This document shows positions 36,969 through 47,375 of a stretch of 64,000 nucleotides of DNA, piece by piece (the stretch's first letter is position 1; every line of letters starts with the position of its first letter). The stretch spans positions 2,293,988 through 2,357,987 of the forward strand of contig BPGK01000001.1 of the NCBI GenBank assembly GCA_026002995.1, written 5' to 3'. The position numbers and the translations under genes are program-made. This DNA is from Gaiellaceae bacterium (lineage in GTDB: Bacteria > Actinomycetota > Thermoleophilia > Gaiellales > Gaiellaceae). The notes beneath the pieces are model-generated. The model had not been told where the DNA came from, ran no database searches, and saw nothing but the letters and a program-made list of their open reading frames with translations.

Positions 36969-38140
36969 GGCTCTTCCGTCGCACCCCGGCGCTCCTCATC
37001 GCAAACGCGCTGTCCGCCGCGATCCAGGGACAGTTCATGTTCGTGCTGCCCTGGATGCTGCTTGCAAACGGCTCGAGTCCGCGCGTTGCGGCGCTTGCGG
37101 CAGGCCTGGTCTTCCTGCCGATGCTGCTCCTCACGCTTCCCGCCGGCGCCGTCTCCGACCGGAGTGACCCCGCCCGCGTGATGCGCGCGGCGTGTGCGAT
37201 CGGGCTCGTGACGAGCGCGCTCTACCCGCTCGCGTCCCTGACCGATCGTGATTGGTTCTGGCTCGTTGTCGTGGCAGCGCTCGCGACCGGTGCGGTCCGG
37301 CTGTTCGTCGAGGGCGCCGTGCTGAGAGAGGTGGGCGACACCGCCTCGGCGACCTCGCTCCTGCGCAGGCAGACCATCCGTTCGACGCTGAACCAGGCGG
37401 CGATCTTCGCGAGCCCATTCGTCGGGCTGCTCGCCTTCCGGGCCGGCGGCGCGGTCGCCGCACTCGCGCTCGTGGCGGCGCTCTACGCGGTCGCGTTCGC
37501 TCTGGTGTCGGTCGCATCGAGGCACGAGGCCGCGCAGTCCGAGACGCGGCGTCCCTCGGTCGTAGCCGGGCTCGCATCTCTCGTCGCGAGCCCGCGGCTC
37601 CTCTGGATCGGCGTCGCCGCCCTCGTCTGGAACGTCTTCGCCGGAGCGGCGCTCGGGATGATGCCGGCGGTGCTCCGGCTGCACGCCGGCCTCGACGAGC
37701 TCGGCGCGAGCGCCGCGTTCGTCCTCGGTGGGATCGCGGTGGTCGGCTTCACGTTGCCGTCGACGAGCGCGCTGCAACGCCACCTCGACCCGGCGGACGT
37801 CTTCCTCGTCGCCGTCGCGGCCGAAGGCGCGGCCGTGCTCCTCTTCGCCGATCCGCAGCTCGGGCTTCTCATCCCGCTCGCGTACGCCTTCTTCCTCCTC
37901 TCGAACAGCGTCGCGGCGGCTGCGCTCTCCGGCGCGCGCGCCCTCGAGGTCGAGGTTGACCACCAGGCGCTGCTGAACCTCGTCCTGATCGCGGTCTCGC
38001 TCGTCGGCTACCTACTCGGCGTGCTGCTCACCGCCGGGCTCATCGGCGCCTACGGTTTCGGCGTCGCCCTCGTCGTCGTCGCGGCCGGGCTCGCCACGAC
38101 CGCCGCCGGCTTCCGTCGGCCGCTGGCCTCGTCGACCTGA
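36965..38140 (+). CDS. MFS-type transporter
   Basis: GTG at 36965. 391 aa, highly hydrophobic with about 11-12 predicted helices. LPAGAVSDRSD resembles MFS motif A. Confidence 0.75.
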   Translation: MRLFRRTPALLIANALSAAIQGQFMFVLPWMLLANGSSPRVAALAAGLVFLPMLLLTLPAGAVSDRSDPARVMRAACAIGLVTSALYPLASLTDRDWFWLVVVAALATGAVRLFVEGAVLREVGDTASATSLLRRQTIRSTLNQAAIFASPFVGLLAFRAGGAVAALALVAALYAVAFALVSVASRHEAAQSETRRPSVVAGLASLVASPRLLWIGVAALVWNVFAGAALGMMPAVLRLHAGLDELGASAAFVLGGIAVVGFTLPSTSALQRHLDPADVFLVAVAAEGAAVLLFADPQLGLLIPLAYAFFLLSNSVAAAALSGARALEVEVDHQALLNLVLIAVSLVGYLLGVLLTAGLIGAYGFGVALVVVAAGLATTAAGFRRPLASST

Positions 38141-38167
38141 CGGGCGCGCGGCCGACGTCGCCGTCGG

Positions 38168-39715
38168 CTAGCGACCGGCCCGCTCGGCCTCGAGCCGGCG
38201 CAGCTCGTTGCGACGGATCTTCCCCGTGACGGTGAGAGGGAGCTCGTCGACGAAGGCGATCGCGCGCGGCACCTCGTAGGGCGCGAGGCGCTGCCGCACC
38301 CAGGCCGTGAGCTCGGCCGCGAGCGCCTCGTTCGGCTGCACCCCGGACGTCGGCACGACGAACGCCTTCACGACCTGCCCGCGCACCTCGTCGGGAACGC
38401 CGATCGCGGCGGCGAGGGCGACCGAGGGGTGGCGCACGAGGCAGTCCTCGATCTCGCCTGGCCCGATCCGGTAGCCGCCGCTCGTGATCAGGTCGTCGGC
38501 CCGCCCTACGAACCACAGGTAGCCGTCGTCGTCTCGCTCGGCGAGGTCGCCGGTGAGGAGCCAGCCGTCGCGGACCTTGGCTTTCGTCGCCTCGGGGTTT
38601 CGCCAGTACTCGAGGAAGACGACGGGGTTGCCCTCGACCCGCACCGCGAGCTCGCCCTCGACGAGGCCGACCTCGTGCCCCGGGTAGGGGAGGCCCATGG
38701 AGCCCGGCTTCGCGGGCCAGGCGGAGCAGTTGCCGACGAGGAGGTTCGCCTCCGTCTGCCCGTAGAACTCGTTCAAGCGGACGCCGAAGCGCTCCTCGCA
38801 CCAGGCGGCGGTCTCCTCACCAACGGTCTCCCCGCCGCTCGCGAGCGTCCGCAGCCCCGGTCGGGCGGATCCGCCCGCCGCGCGGAGCATCCGCAGCGCA
38901 GTCGCTGGCATGAACACGTTCCTGACCTCGAGGCACTCCATCAGGTCGAGCGCCTGCTCGGGGTCGAAGCGCCGCGCGCGGAAGGCGACCACCGGCACCC
39001 CGTGGACGAGCGAGGGTATGAGGACGTCGTAGAGGCCCCCGATCCAGGCCCAGTCCGCGGGCGTCCAGATCCGATCGCCCGGCTGCGGGAAGAAGTCGTG
39101 CGAGAGCTCGAACCCCGGAAGGTGGCCGGCCAAGACGCGATGGCCGTGGAGGGCGCCCTTCGGCGGGCCGGTCGTCCCGGACGTGTACACGAGGAGCGCC
39201 GGCGTGTCGGGCCCCGTCTCCGCCGCCGCGAAGCGCGGCGACGCGATCGCGAGGAGCCGGGGGAGGTCGCGGTCGACGTCGACGAGCGCGGCGTCCGACC
39301 CGGTGGCGGCCACCTTCTCGAGCGCGTCCGCCTCCCCGATGACGACGCGGGGCTCCGCGTCGCCGACGCGCACCGCGAGCGCGTCCTCGCCGAACTGGGT
39401 CGACAGGGGGAGCGCGATCGCGCCGAGCTTGTAGGCGGCGAGGTGGGCGAGAGCCGTCTCCACCCGCTGCGAGAGGACGATCGCGACCCGCGCGCCGGGC
39501 TCTACTCCGAGCGCGGCGAGCGCGTTGGCGAGCCGGTTCGAGTCGTCGGAGAGCTCCCCGAAGGTCGCCGTGCGCGTGATCCGACGGCCGTCGGTGACGA
39601 GGATCGCCGGCGCGCCGCGGGGGTGGCGGTCGACCGCCTCGACGCCGATGTTGACGCGCTCGGGGAGGCGCCAGGCGAAGGACGCGCACAGCTCCTCGTA
39701 GCTCCGCCCGCTCAC
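38168..39715 (-). CDS. AMP-forming acyl-CoA synthetase / ligase
   Basis: GTG at 39715 (515 aa by count). YTSGTTGPPKG, YGQTE, TGDL..RDDDGYLWFVGRADD, GKIRRNEL. Confidence 0.9.
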   Translation of the reverse strand: MSGRSYEELCASFAWRLPERVNIGVEAVDRHPRGAPAILVTDGRRITRTATFGELSDDSNRLANALAALGVEPGARVAIVLSQRVETALAHLAAYKLGAIALPLSTQFGEDALAVRVGDAEPRVVIGEADALEKVAATGSDAALVDVDRDLPRLLAIASPRFAAAETGPDTPALLVYTSGTTGPPKGALHGHRVLAGHLPGFELSHDFFPQPGDRIWTPADWAWIGGLYDVLIPSLVHGVPVVAFRARRFDPEQALDLMECLEVRNVFMPATALRMLRAAGGSARPGLRTLASGGETVGEETAAWCEERFGVRLNEFYGQTEANLLVGNCSAWPAKPGSMGLPYPGHEVGLVEGELAVRVEGNPVVFLEYWRNPEATKAKVRDGWLLTGDLAERDDDGYLWFVGRADDLITSGGYRIGPGEIEDCLVRHPSVALAAAIGVPDEVRGQVVKAFVVPTSGVQPNEALAAELTAWVRQRLAPYEVPRAIAFVDELPLTVTGKIRRNELRRLEAERAGR

Positions 39716-40857
39716 GTCCACAGCCACTCGAGCGTCCGCAGGTAGACCTTCGCCGCCCGCTCTAGCTCGGAGACGGTGATCGACTCGACGTCCGCGTGCG
39801 CGCCGCTGCCGACGGGCCCGTGGTAGACGGTCGGGATCCCGGCCTGGTGGAAGATCGCGCCGTCGGCGACGACCTTGAGCCCGACCAGTGGCAGCTCGTC
39901 GCCGGTCACGTCGCGGTAGGCGTGGCGGAGGGCGAGCGCGAGCTCGTGCTCGGGATCGATGCGGTAGGCGTCCCGGACGAGACGGCAGTCGAGCTCGATC
40001 TCGCAACCGGTCTCCTCGGCCAGCGGCGCGAGCAGCGCTCGCAGCTCGGCCTCGATGTCGTCGAAGGGCCGGCCCGGCGCCCAACGGCGGGTGCCGACGA
40101 TCCGGCAGCTCGTCGGATGCCGGTTGTAGAAGTCCCCGCCGTGCACCTCGCCGAGGAAGATCGTCTCGGCCCCCACCCACTCGTGCTCGGTCGCCGCCAG
40201 CTCGGCCCGCAAGGCTGCGAGAGCCTCGATCACCCGGCCCGCGGCGAAGAGGGGGTGCGGTGTCCCGGGAGGCGTCTGTAGCTCGTGCGTCGCCATCCCC
40301 GGGCGGGAGATCGTGAGCTCGACCGTCGCCTGACCCATGTGGGCGACCGGGAAGGCATGGCCGCCGAGCTCGCAGACGATCGCGAGGTCGGCGGTGAATC
40401 CCGTCTCCCCGAGGAGGTAGGAGAGATCCTCGCCGCGGCCGGTAGGCGCCTCGTGGAGGCCGATGGCGACGATCACGACCTCCCCCGGGAAGGACCTATC
40501 GCTCGCCGCCAGCACGCGGGCCGCCTCGGCCGCCGAGGCGAGCGCGCCCTTCATGTCGGCCGCGCCGCGGCCGACGAGGACGTCGCCCTCGAGCCGCGGG
40601 GGCTCGTGCGGGATCGGCACGGTGTCGAGGTGGCCGTTGAGGACAACCGTGGGACCCGGCTTGCCGCCGCGGAGACGGCCGACGACGATCGGCGTCGCCG
40701 AGAAGGCCTCGTCCAGCAGCTCCACCTCGAGCCCGCTCTCCGCCAGCCGCCGGCCGTAGAGGCGCGCGACCTCGGCCGTGTCCCCGGTCGGGCTCGGGAC
40801 CTCCACCAGCTCGAGCGCGAGCGACGCGAGCCGCTCGCGGTCGACGCGATCAACCAT
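39712..40857 (-). CDS. M20-family metallopeptidase/deacylase (ArgE/DapE/ACY1 type)
   Basis: ATG at 40857 is preceded by GAGGAGGTGGAAGAG. NGHLDTVP and GRGAADMKG metal-site motifs are present. Confidence 0.88.
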   Translation of the reverse strand: MVDRVDRERLASLALELVEVPSPTGDTAEVARLYGRRLAESGLEVELLDEAFSATPIVVGRLRGGKPGPTVVLNGHLDTVPIPHEPPRLEGDVLVGRGAADMKGALASAAEAARVLAASDRSFPGEVVIVAIGLHEAPTGRGEDLSYLLGETGFTADLAIVCELGGHAFPVAHMGQATVELTISRPGMATHELQTPPGTPHPLFAAGRVIEALAALRAELAATEHEWVGAETIFLGEVHGGDFYNRHPTSCRIVGTRRWAPGRPFDDIEAELRALLAPLAEETGCEIELDCRLVRDAYRIDPEHELALALRHAYRDVTGDELPLVGLKVVADGAIFHQAGIPTVYHGPVGSGAHADVESITVSELERAAKVYLRTLEWLWT

Positions 40858-41714
40858 CTCTTCCACCTCCTCGGACGAAGCCGAGGCCGATGTGCGACTG
40901 GCGGCGGCTGGGATGGCTGCGGCTCCGGGCGGCGCAGCGCGCGAGGCTCGGGTCGGAGCTGGCGTACGAGCCTCCGCGCAGCACCCGCTCGCCACCGTCG
41001 GCCGACGGACCTGGGTAGGACCCGTACCAACTCCCGGTCCACTCCCACACGTTCCTCACCACGTCGAGCAGACCGTACGGGTTGGCGCCGTCCGGATGCG
41101 ACCCCACCGGCTCCGTCGCACCCCTCTTGATCCCCCGCCCGGTGAGGGCGCGGACGAGCTCGGAGCTCCCGGCGGCCGGCGCGGCGGCGGGGCGGAGGCC
41201 GATGTACGGGTCGCGGGCCGCTCGGGCCGTCGCCGTAGACGGCCGCGATCCACTCGCCGACGTTCCCGGCGAGATCGAGCACGCCGAGCGGCGAGGCGCC
41301 GGCCCTGAGCGAGCCGACCACCGGGCGCGGGCGCCCGATCGCCGCCGTGAAGACGACACGGGTCGCATCCGGCAGCTCGTCTCCCCCAGGGCGAGAGCCG
41401 GTCGTCCCCGCCACGCGGGGCGTGCTCCCACTCGTCCTCGGTCGGAAGTCGCGCCTCCACCCAGGCACAGAACGCGGCCGCGTCGTCCCAGGTCACGTAG
41501 CCGACCGGCACGTCGTCCTCGCCGACGCGTGCCCAGGCTCGACCGGTCGCGGCGGCGAAGCGACCGTGCGCGTTCGTCACCGGCGTGCGGGCGATGCGGT
41601 AGGGCCCGAGAGTCACGAGCCGCCGCGACTGCTAGTCGTCGTCGGGCGGGAACACCCTCCCGGATCGCTCCCCATGAGGAACGGCCCGGCGGGTACGAAG
41701 CGCCACTCGATCAC
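40850..41714 (-). pseudogene. FGE/SUMF1 (formylglycine-generating-enzyme-like) domain gene, multiply frameshifted with an in-frame TAG
   Basis: The domain is spread over all three minus-strand frames. VIEWRFVPAGPFLMGSDPGG starts at GTG 41714. VFPPDDD-TAG-QSRRLVTLGPYRIARTPVTN...VTWDDAAAFCAWVEARLPTEDEWEHA follows in a second frame. DELPDA...SPLGVLDLAGNVGEW follows in another. NPYGLLDVVRNVWEWTGSWY...RVLRGGSY ends at 40850. Confidence 0.6.
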
Positions 41715-43597
41715 GCGGGGATCACCGGCAGGACGACGACGCCCCCGTGAACCGTGTTCTCCGCCCGGACCGTGTGCGTGTGCCGGCCGATCGGCTCGCC
41801 CGTGTTCGGGTTCCGCTCGAGCCGCGGGAAGTTCGACGACGAGATGTCGACCCGGATCCGGTGCCCGGCCGCGAACAGGTTCGAGGTCGGCGGGAGCGAG
41901 ATCGTCACCTCGACCTCCTCCCCGGGCTCGAGCAGCTCCTCCGACTCGAAGCCGTTCCGGTAGCGGCAGCGGATGACGGAGTCGTTGAGGAGCATGTCGT
42001 AGCCATCCGGGTAGTCCTCGTTCGGCGGATAGACGTCGATCAGCTTGGCCGTGAAGTCGGTGTCCGGGGCGCTCGACGAGACCCGGAGGCGGACGGTCAC
42101 GCGACCGGTCACCTCGACCGGCTCCGCGAGCGGCTCGGTCTGGTAGACGAGGACGTCGGGACGCTCGGAGAGACGGCGCCCGGGCCGCCGCGCGGTGAAG
42201 AACTCCTCCCGCTCGACCTGGTCCGCGGGGCCCGGGGTCATGATGTTCCGGAGCAGGAGCGCCGGGTTGAGGAGGCGCATCCACGCGGGCTCCATCCCCT
42301 CGCCCTCGGGCGGCAGCTCGCCGACGGCGCAGTAGAGGCCGCCAATCGTCGGTACCGGGTCCTCGGGGTCGTAGACGAAGGTCCGCGGCGGATCGCCGGC
42401 GGGCGGTGGCAGCGGCCTGAGCGTCCCGTCCCCGTGCAGGTGGAGCGTCCTCTCGACCGCGCGCGCGAGCGGCCACTCGTGCTCCTCCCGCCAGCGGCCG
42501 CCGTGGTCGAGCTTGCCCTCGGCGGTCTTCCGCCCGCTGCCGCCGCCCATGACGAAGATGCGGATCGGCGCCTCGTCGTGCGACGCGCCCGGGGCGTCGT
42601 CCCGGAGCCAGCGGTCGAAGAACGCGAGCTGCTCCTCGAAGTAACGGCGTACGCCCCACACGGAGTCGGGCCCGAAGTCCACGTCGAGCGTCCACGACGC
42701 GTCACCTCGCATCCCGACGTGGCTCCAGGGGCCGACGACGAGCCGCTGCGGCGCGCTGTTCCTCTCGGCCATGGCCGCGAAGTACTCCGTGCCCGAATGC
42801 GGGAAGCCGTCGAACCAGCCCGTCGAGATCGTCGCCGGGATGTCCGCGTGCTCGTGCCAGAAGCGCGTGAAGTCGTTCTCCTTGCGTGCCCAGAACTCGT
42901 CGTAGGCGCCGCGCGTGCAGTAGTCCTCGAGCGTGCGGTCGAGCGCGGGGACGTGGCGGAGCGAGAGCTCGCCCTCGTGCCACGGCCACCCCCACATGAG
43001 CTGCCGGAGGTTGCGCAGGTCGTTCCACACCTCCTCCTGCTTGGCGGGATCGGCCTGCACCTCTTGGGCATCCGCGGCATGGATGAAGAGCGCCCAGAAC
43101 ATGTGGAGCTGCATCACGCCGCCCTCGCGCGTCTGGTGGTGGTACATGCAGGTCGGGGCGACGTCTGGCCAGATGGCGGTCAGGTGCGGGGGGCGCTCGA
43201 GCGCAGTCCGAATCTGCGTGATCCCCGCGTACGAGCTCCCGACCATGCCCGTGCGCCCGTTGCTCCACGGCTGAGCGGCGATCCACTCGATCGTGTCGTA
43301 GCCGTCCCTACCGGTGTGTGGCGTCACGACGTGGAAGTACTCCTTCGTTCCCTCGGACCGGTGGCGGTCGCGCATGTCCTGGAGCACGACGACGTAGCCG
43401 TGCGGGACGAAGAAGTCCGCGATCTCGACGTAGCGCCGCTCGCTCTTGTCGTAGGGCGTGATGCAGACGATGGTGGGAAAACGGCCGTCGACGAGCTCTC
43501 CGTCGCGCGCCGGGCGGTGGATGTCCGTCGCGAGCCGTATCCCGTCGCGCATGGGGACCATCACGTCCTTTGCGACGACGATGCCGTAAGGCGTCAC
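41711..43597 (-). CDS. CocE/NonD-family hydrolase, second paralog
   Basis: 628 aa. MRDGIRLATDIHRP, ITPYDK, GMVGSSYAG (nucleophile elbow), and the C-terminal PTSNLFAAGHRIRVDISSSNFPR. Confidence 0.9.
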   Translation of the reverse strand: MTPYGIVVAKDVMVPMRDGIRLATDIHRPARDGELVDGRFPTIVCITPYDKSERRYVEIADFFVPHGYVVVLQDMRDRHRSEGTKEYFHVVTPHTGRDGYDTIEWIAAQPWSNGRTGMVGSSYAGITQIRTALERPPHLTAIWPDVAPTCMYHHQTREGGVMQLHMFWALFIHAADAQEVQADPAKQEEVWNDLRNLRQLMWGWPWHEGELSLRHVPALDRTLEDYCTRGAYDEFWARKENDFTRFWHEHADIPATISTGWFDGFPHSGTEYFAAMAERNSAPQRLVVGPWSHVGMRGDASWTLDVDFGPDSVWGVRRYFEEQLAFFDRWLRDDAPGASHDEAPIRIFVMGGGSGRKTAEGKLDHGGRWREEHEWPLARAVERTLHLHGDGTLRPLPPPAGDPPRTFVYDPEDPVPTIGGLYCAVGELPPEGEGMEPAWMRLLNPALLLRNIMTPGPADQVEREEFFTARRPGRRLSERPDVLVYQTEPLAEPVEVTGRVTVRLRVSSSAPDTDFTAKLIDVYPPNEDYPDGYDMLLNDSVIRCRYRNGFESEELLEPGEEVEVTISLPPTSNLFAAGHRIRVDISSSNFPRLERNPNTGEPIGRHTHTVRAENTVHGGVVVLPVIPA

Positions 43598-45660
43598 ACC
43601 ATCCTCCTCAGGAGCAGGTTGCCGTAGGTGTCGACCTCCACCCAGAAGCCTGGATGGACGACGGTCGTCGAGTCGTACTCCTCGACGATCGCCGGCCCCT
43701 CGAAGCGGGCGCCCGCCGGGAGCGCCGAGCGCTCGTACACCGCGGTCTCGACGTACCCGCCTGCCTCGGTGAAGTGCACCGGGCGAGAACCGGTCGGTGC
43801 CGGCAGCGGACCCGCCTCGAGCGGCTTCGGCACGGGCTTGGGGATCCGACCGACCGCCCGGACGCGGACGCTCACGAGCTCGATCGGCTCGCCGGGAGCG
43901 CTGAACCCGTACGCCCGGTCGTGCTCGGCGTGGAAGAGGTCGGCGGCCGTCTCCGGATCCGCGGATGCGACCGTGAGCTCGAAGCTCTGCCCGACGTACC
44001 GGAGGTCGAGCTGACGGACGGTGGAGACGTCCTCGGGCGCGGTGCCCTCCCGCTCGAGGTCACGCCGCCCCGCGTCCTCGAGCGGGGCGAAGAGCTCGTC
44101 GAGGCGCTCTCGGGTGACCTCTGCAAGGGGCGCCAGCACCGTTGTCGTGTACTCATGGTGGAGGTCGGTCACGAGCAGGCCCGTCGCCGAGAAGATCCCC
44201 GGGCTGCGCGGCACGAGAACGGTGTTGATCTCGGCGTCGCGAGCGAGCGCGTTCGCGTGCGCAGGCCCCGCGCCTCCGAAGGCAACGAGCACGAACCGGC
44301 GTGGATCGTGGCCACGCTGCACCGAGACGAGGTGGAGCGCGTTGCCCATTGCAGCGTTGGCGATCTCGACGATCCCACGCGCGGCCTCGACGACGTCGAG
44401 ACCGAGCGGCTTCGCGCAGCGCTCCTCGATCGCCGCGCGTGCGCCCTCGACGTCGAGCTCGATCTCGCCGCCGAGGAAGTTCGTCGGGCTCAGCCGCCCG
44501 AGCACGAGGTTCGCATCGGTGATCGTCGGCTCAGCGCCCCCGCGTCGGTAGCAAACCGGCCCGGGGTCGGCGCCCGCGCTGCGGGGGCCGACCCGGAGCT
44601 TGCCGCCGGTGTCGATCCACGCGATCGAGCCGCCCCCCGCCCCGATCTCAACGAGATCGACCACCGGCGTTCGAACCGGGTATCCGCTGAAGGAGGAGCC
44701 ACCGATTCCCGCCTGGGCGGCGCTCCCGACCTGGAAGTCCTTGGTGACCGTCGGCTCGCCGTCCTGGACGAGGCTGACCTTCGCGGTTGTGCCGCCCATG
44801 TCGAAGGAGATGACGTCGGGCTGGCCGAGCGCGCGACCGAGCTGTGCCGCGGCAATGACGCCGGCCGCCGGGCCCGACTCGACCATGTATACAGGCCGCC
44901 GCTTCGCCGCTGTCGCGGTGTAGACGCCGCCCGCGGACTGCATGACGAGGAGCTCGGCGTCCACGCCGCGGTCGGCGAGACGATCCTCGATGCTCTCGAG
45001 GTATCTGAGCACGACGGGTTGGACGCCGGCGTTGATGACGGTCGTCGAGGCTCGCAGGTACTCGCGGAACTCCGGAGCGACGCTGGACGAGAGCGAGATC
45101 TCCACTCCCGGCAGCTCCTCGGCGAGGATCTCGCCGACGCGGCGCTCGTGGGCGTCGTTCACGTACGCATGCAGGAGACAGACGGCGACCGCCTCCACGT
45201 CCTCCGCGCGCAACGAAGCGGCGACGTCGCGGACGTGCTCCTCGTCGAGCTCGCGGAGCACGGAGCCGTCCGGCCCGAGACGCTCGCGGACGCCGAAGCA
45301 CCGGTGCCGAGGCACGAGGGGCCGTGGCTTTTCGAAGTGGACGTTGTAAAGGGCGGAGCGGACCTGACGCTGGATCTCGAGGAGGTCGCGGAAGCCATCG
45401 GTCGTGACGAATGCGGTCCGCGCGAGCTTGCCTTCGATGATCGCGTTCGTCGCCACGGTCGTCGCGTGGGCGAGGTACCGCAGGTCGCGGCCGGCGACGC
45501 CGGCCTCCGCGAGGAGGCGCTCCATCGCGAGGAGGAACCCGACCGACGGGTCGCTCGGCGTCGTGGACACCTTGGCGATGCAAACTTCGCCCGTCGCCTC
45601 GTCGACGAGGGTCGCGTCGGTGAACGTGCCGCCGATGTCGACGCCGAGCCGGTAGCTCAT
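43594..45660 (-). CDS. hyuA: Hydantoinase/oxoprolinase A-type subunit (HyuA family)
   Basis: ATG at 45660 (residue 104 of the composite ORF). MSYRLGVDIGGTFTD, GFRDLLEI and DMGGTTAK are ATPase-fold motifs. Confidence 0.92.
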   Translation of the reverse strand: MSYRLGVDIGGTFTDATLVDEATGEVCIAKVSTTPSDPSVGFLLAMERLLAEAGVAGRDLRYLAHATTVATNAIIEGKLARTAFVTTDGFRDLLEIQRQVRSALYNVHFEKPRPLVPRHRCFGVRERLGPDGSVLRELDEEHVRDVAASLRAEDVEAVAVCLLHAYVNDAHERRVGEILAEELPGVEISLSSSVAPEFREYLRASTTVINAGVQPVVLRYLESIEDRLADRGVDAELLVMQSAGGVYTATAAKRRPVYMVESGPAAGVIAAAQLGRALGQPDVISFDMGGTTAKVSLVQDGEPTVTKDFQVGSAAQAGIGGSSFSGYPVRTPVVDLVEIGAGGGSIAWIDTGGKLRVGPRSAGADPGPVCYRRGGAEPTITDANLVLGRLSPTNFLGGEIELDVEGARAAIEERCAKPLGLDVVEAARGIVEIANAAMGNALHLVSVQRGHDPRRFVLVAFGGAGPAHANALARDAEINTVLVPRSPGIFSATGLLVTDLHHEYTTTVLAPLAEVTRERLDELFAPLEDAGRRDLEREGTAPEDVSTVRQLDLRYVGQSFELTVASADPETAADLFHAEHDRAYGFSAPGEPIELVSVRVRAVGRIPKPVPKPLEAGPLPAPTGSRPVHFTEAGGYVETAVYERSALPAGARFEGPAIVEEYDSTTVVHPGFWVEVDTYGNLLLRRMV

Positions 45661-47375
45661 CGGGCGACCTCCGCCCGCAGCTTGCGCGTCTCGCTCTCGT
45701 CGACCCGCCGGGCTTCCATGTCGACCGCAACCCGATACACCGCCCGTGCGCGCTCGACGCTCACCTTCCCGTCGACGACGTCCCGGAGGACGAGCTCCGG
45801 GTCGCGCTCGTGCGGAGGGCCGTAGCCGCCGCCGCCACACGTCCTGTAGCTGACGAGCTCGCCGGCCTGCACCTCGACGGTGGACTTGGCGCCAAGCCGG
45901 CGCTCCCCCTCCGCGGTCTGGAGGACGTACTCGGCCGGTCGACCGGGGAGGCCCCCGAACAGCCCCCACGGCCCCTCCTTGTCACGGTCGGCGAGCACGG
46001 AGAACGTCACCGGCCCGCGCGGGAAGCGGTAGTCCTTGCGCAGCCCGAGACCGCCGCGGTACCGACCTGCGCCCTCCGAGTCCTCGACGAGCTCCAGCCG
46101 CTCGACGAGCACCGGGTAGCCGCGCTCGGTCTCCTCGACGGGGGCGTTCTCGGTGTTCTGGCCGTGCGCCTGCACGGCGTCCGGGCCGTCGCTTCGGAAC
46201 CGGCCGCCGTAGCCGCCGCCGAAGGTCTCGAGGAAGCACCAGTACCCGAGCTCGGGGTCGACGCCGCCGAAGCCCGCGTGACACATCATCCCTTTCGTTC
46301 CCGCCGGCACGCCGTGCGGGAGCGCCTCGGAGAGCGCGCGGAAGATCACCTCGACGAGCCTGGTGTGCGTCTCCCAGCCGCCGACCACCGGCGCCGGCCA
46401 CTCCGCGTGCGCGATCGTGCCTGGCCTCGTGTCTACCTGCAGCAGCCGGTAGAAGCCGTCGTTCACCGGCAGGTCGGGATCGATGAGGCACTTGAGCGCG
46501 TACGCGCAGGCGGAGTACGTCTGCGCGTAGGTCGAATTCACCGGCGCTCGGCGCTGCGGCTCCGAGTCCGTGATGTCGAAGCGGACGCCGTCGGCGCGCA
46601 GCTCGACGCGGGCGTGCAGGCGCACGCGCTCGTCGCTGTAGCCGTCGGAGTCGACGTAGCCCTCCGCCTCGAAGCTCCCGTGCGGGAGGCGCGCGAGCTC
46701 CGCGCGCGTGCGCCGCTCGGTGTAGTCGAGGAGCTCGTCGATCGCCGCGCGCACGGTGCCGAGGCCGTGGCGCTCGAGGAGCGCGCCGACGCGTCGGATC
46801 CCGGTCGCGTTCGCCGCGACCTGAGCGCGGAGGTCGCCGCCCGTCTCGTGTTTCGACCGAATCTGAGCCAGGACGAGCTTCCAGACGTCGGGGACGAGCG
46901 CTCCGGCCTCGACGACCTTGACCGGCGGGATGATCAGGCCCTCTTGGAACACCTCGCGGAAGGCGCCGATCGAGGCCGGCGCGCCCCCTCCGACGTCGAC
47001 GTGGTGCGCGAGGTTGGCGACGTAGCCGACGAGCTCGCCGTCCCAGAAGACCGGCGAGACGAGGCTCACGTCGTTCAGGTGCACGCCGCTCGGGAACGGG
47101 TCGTTCGTGATGATCGCGTCGCCGGGGCCGATGTTCTCGGCGCCGTACTCGGTCACCGCGCGCGGGACCTGCTGCACCATCGACCCGAGGTGCACGGGCT
47201 GGGTGAAGCCCTGAGCGATGCAGCGCAGGTCGGCGTCGAAGAAGGCGCACGAGAAGTCCGCGCGCGTCTTGATGTTCGTCGAGTAGGCGGCGCGCCGCAG
47301 GGATACGACCATCTCGTCGGTCGCCGCAACGAGCGCGTTCCGGACGACCTCGAACGTGATCGGGTCGAGGCTCAT
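45657..47375 (-). CDS. hyuB: Hydantoinase B/oxoprolinase-type subunit (HyuB family)
   Basis: ATG at 47375. MSLDPITFEVVRNALVAATDEM..., NDPF..G.HLND, and GGGGYGPPHERDPELVLRDV at the C-terminus. Confidence 0.92.
   Translation of the reverse strand: MSLDPITFEVVRNALVAATDEMVVSLRRAAYSTNIKTRADFSCAFFDADLRCIAQGFTQPVHLGSMVQQVPRAVTEYGAENIGPGDAIITNDPFPSGVHLNDVSLVSPVFWDGELVGYVANLAHHVDVGGGAPASIGAFREVFQEGLIIPPVKVVEAGALVPDVWKLVLAQIRSKHETGGDLRAQVAANATGIRRVGALLERHGLGTVRAAIDELLDYTERRTRAELARLPHGSFEAEGYVDSDGYSDERVRLHARVELRADGVRFDITDSEPQRRAPVNSTYAQTYSACAYALKCLIDPDLPVNDGFYRLLQVDTRPGTIAHAEWPAPVVGGWETHTRLVEVIFRALSEALPHGVPAGTKGMMCHAGFGGVDPELGYWCFLETFGGGYGGRFRSDGPDAVQAHGQNTENAPVEETERGYPVLVERLELVEDSEGAGRYRGGLGLRKDYRFPRGPVTFSVLADRDKEGPWGLFGGLPGRPAEYVLQTAEGERRLGAKSTVEVQAGELVSYRTCGGGGYGPPHERDPELVLRDVVDGKVSVERARAVYRVAVDMEARRVDESETRKLRAEVAR

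Noticed and set aside
38151-38168. The hairpin GCCGACG-tcgc-CGTCGGC between the convergent MFS and acyl-CoA synthetase genes, considered as a bidirectional terminator.
   Set aside because: The stem is only 7 bp, there is no U-tract on either strand, and it overlaps the stop codon. It is too weak to call.
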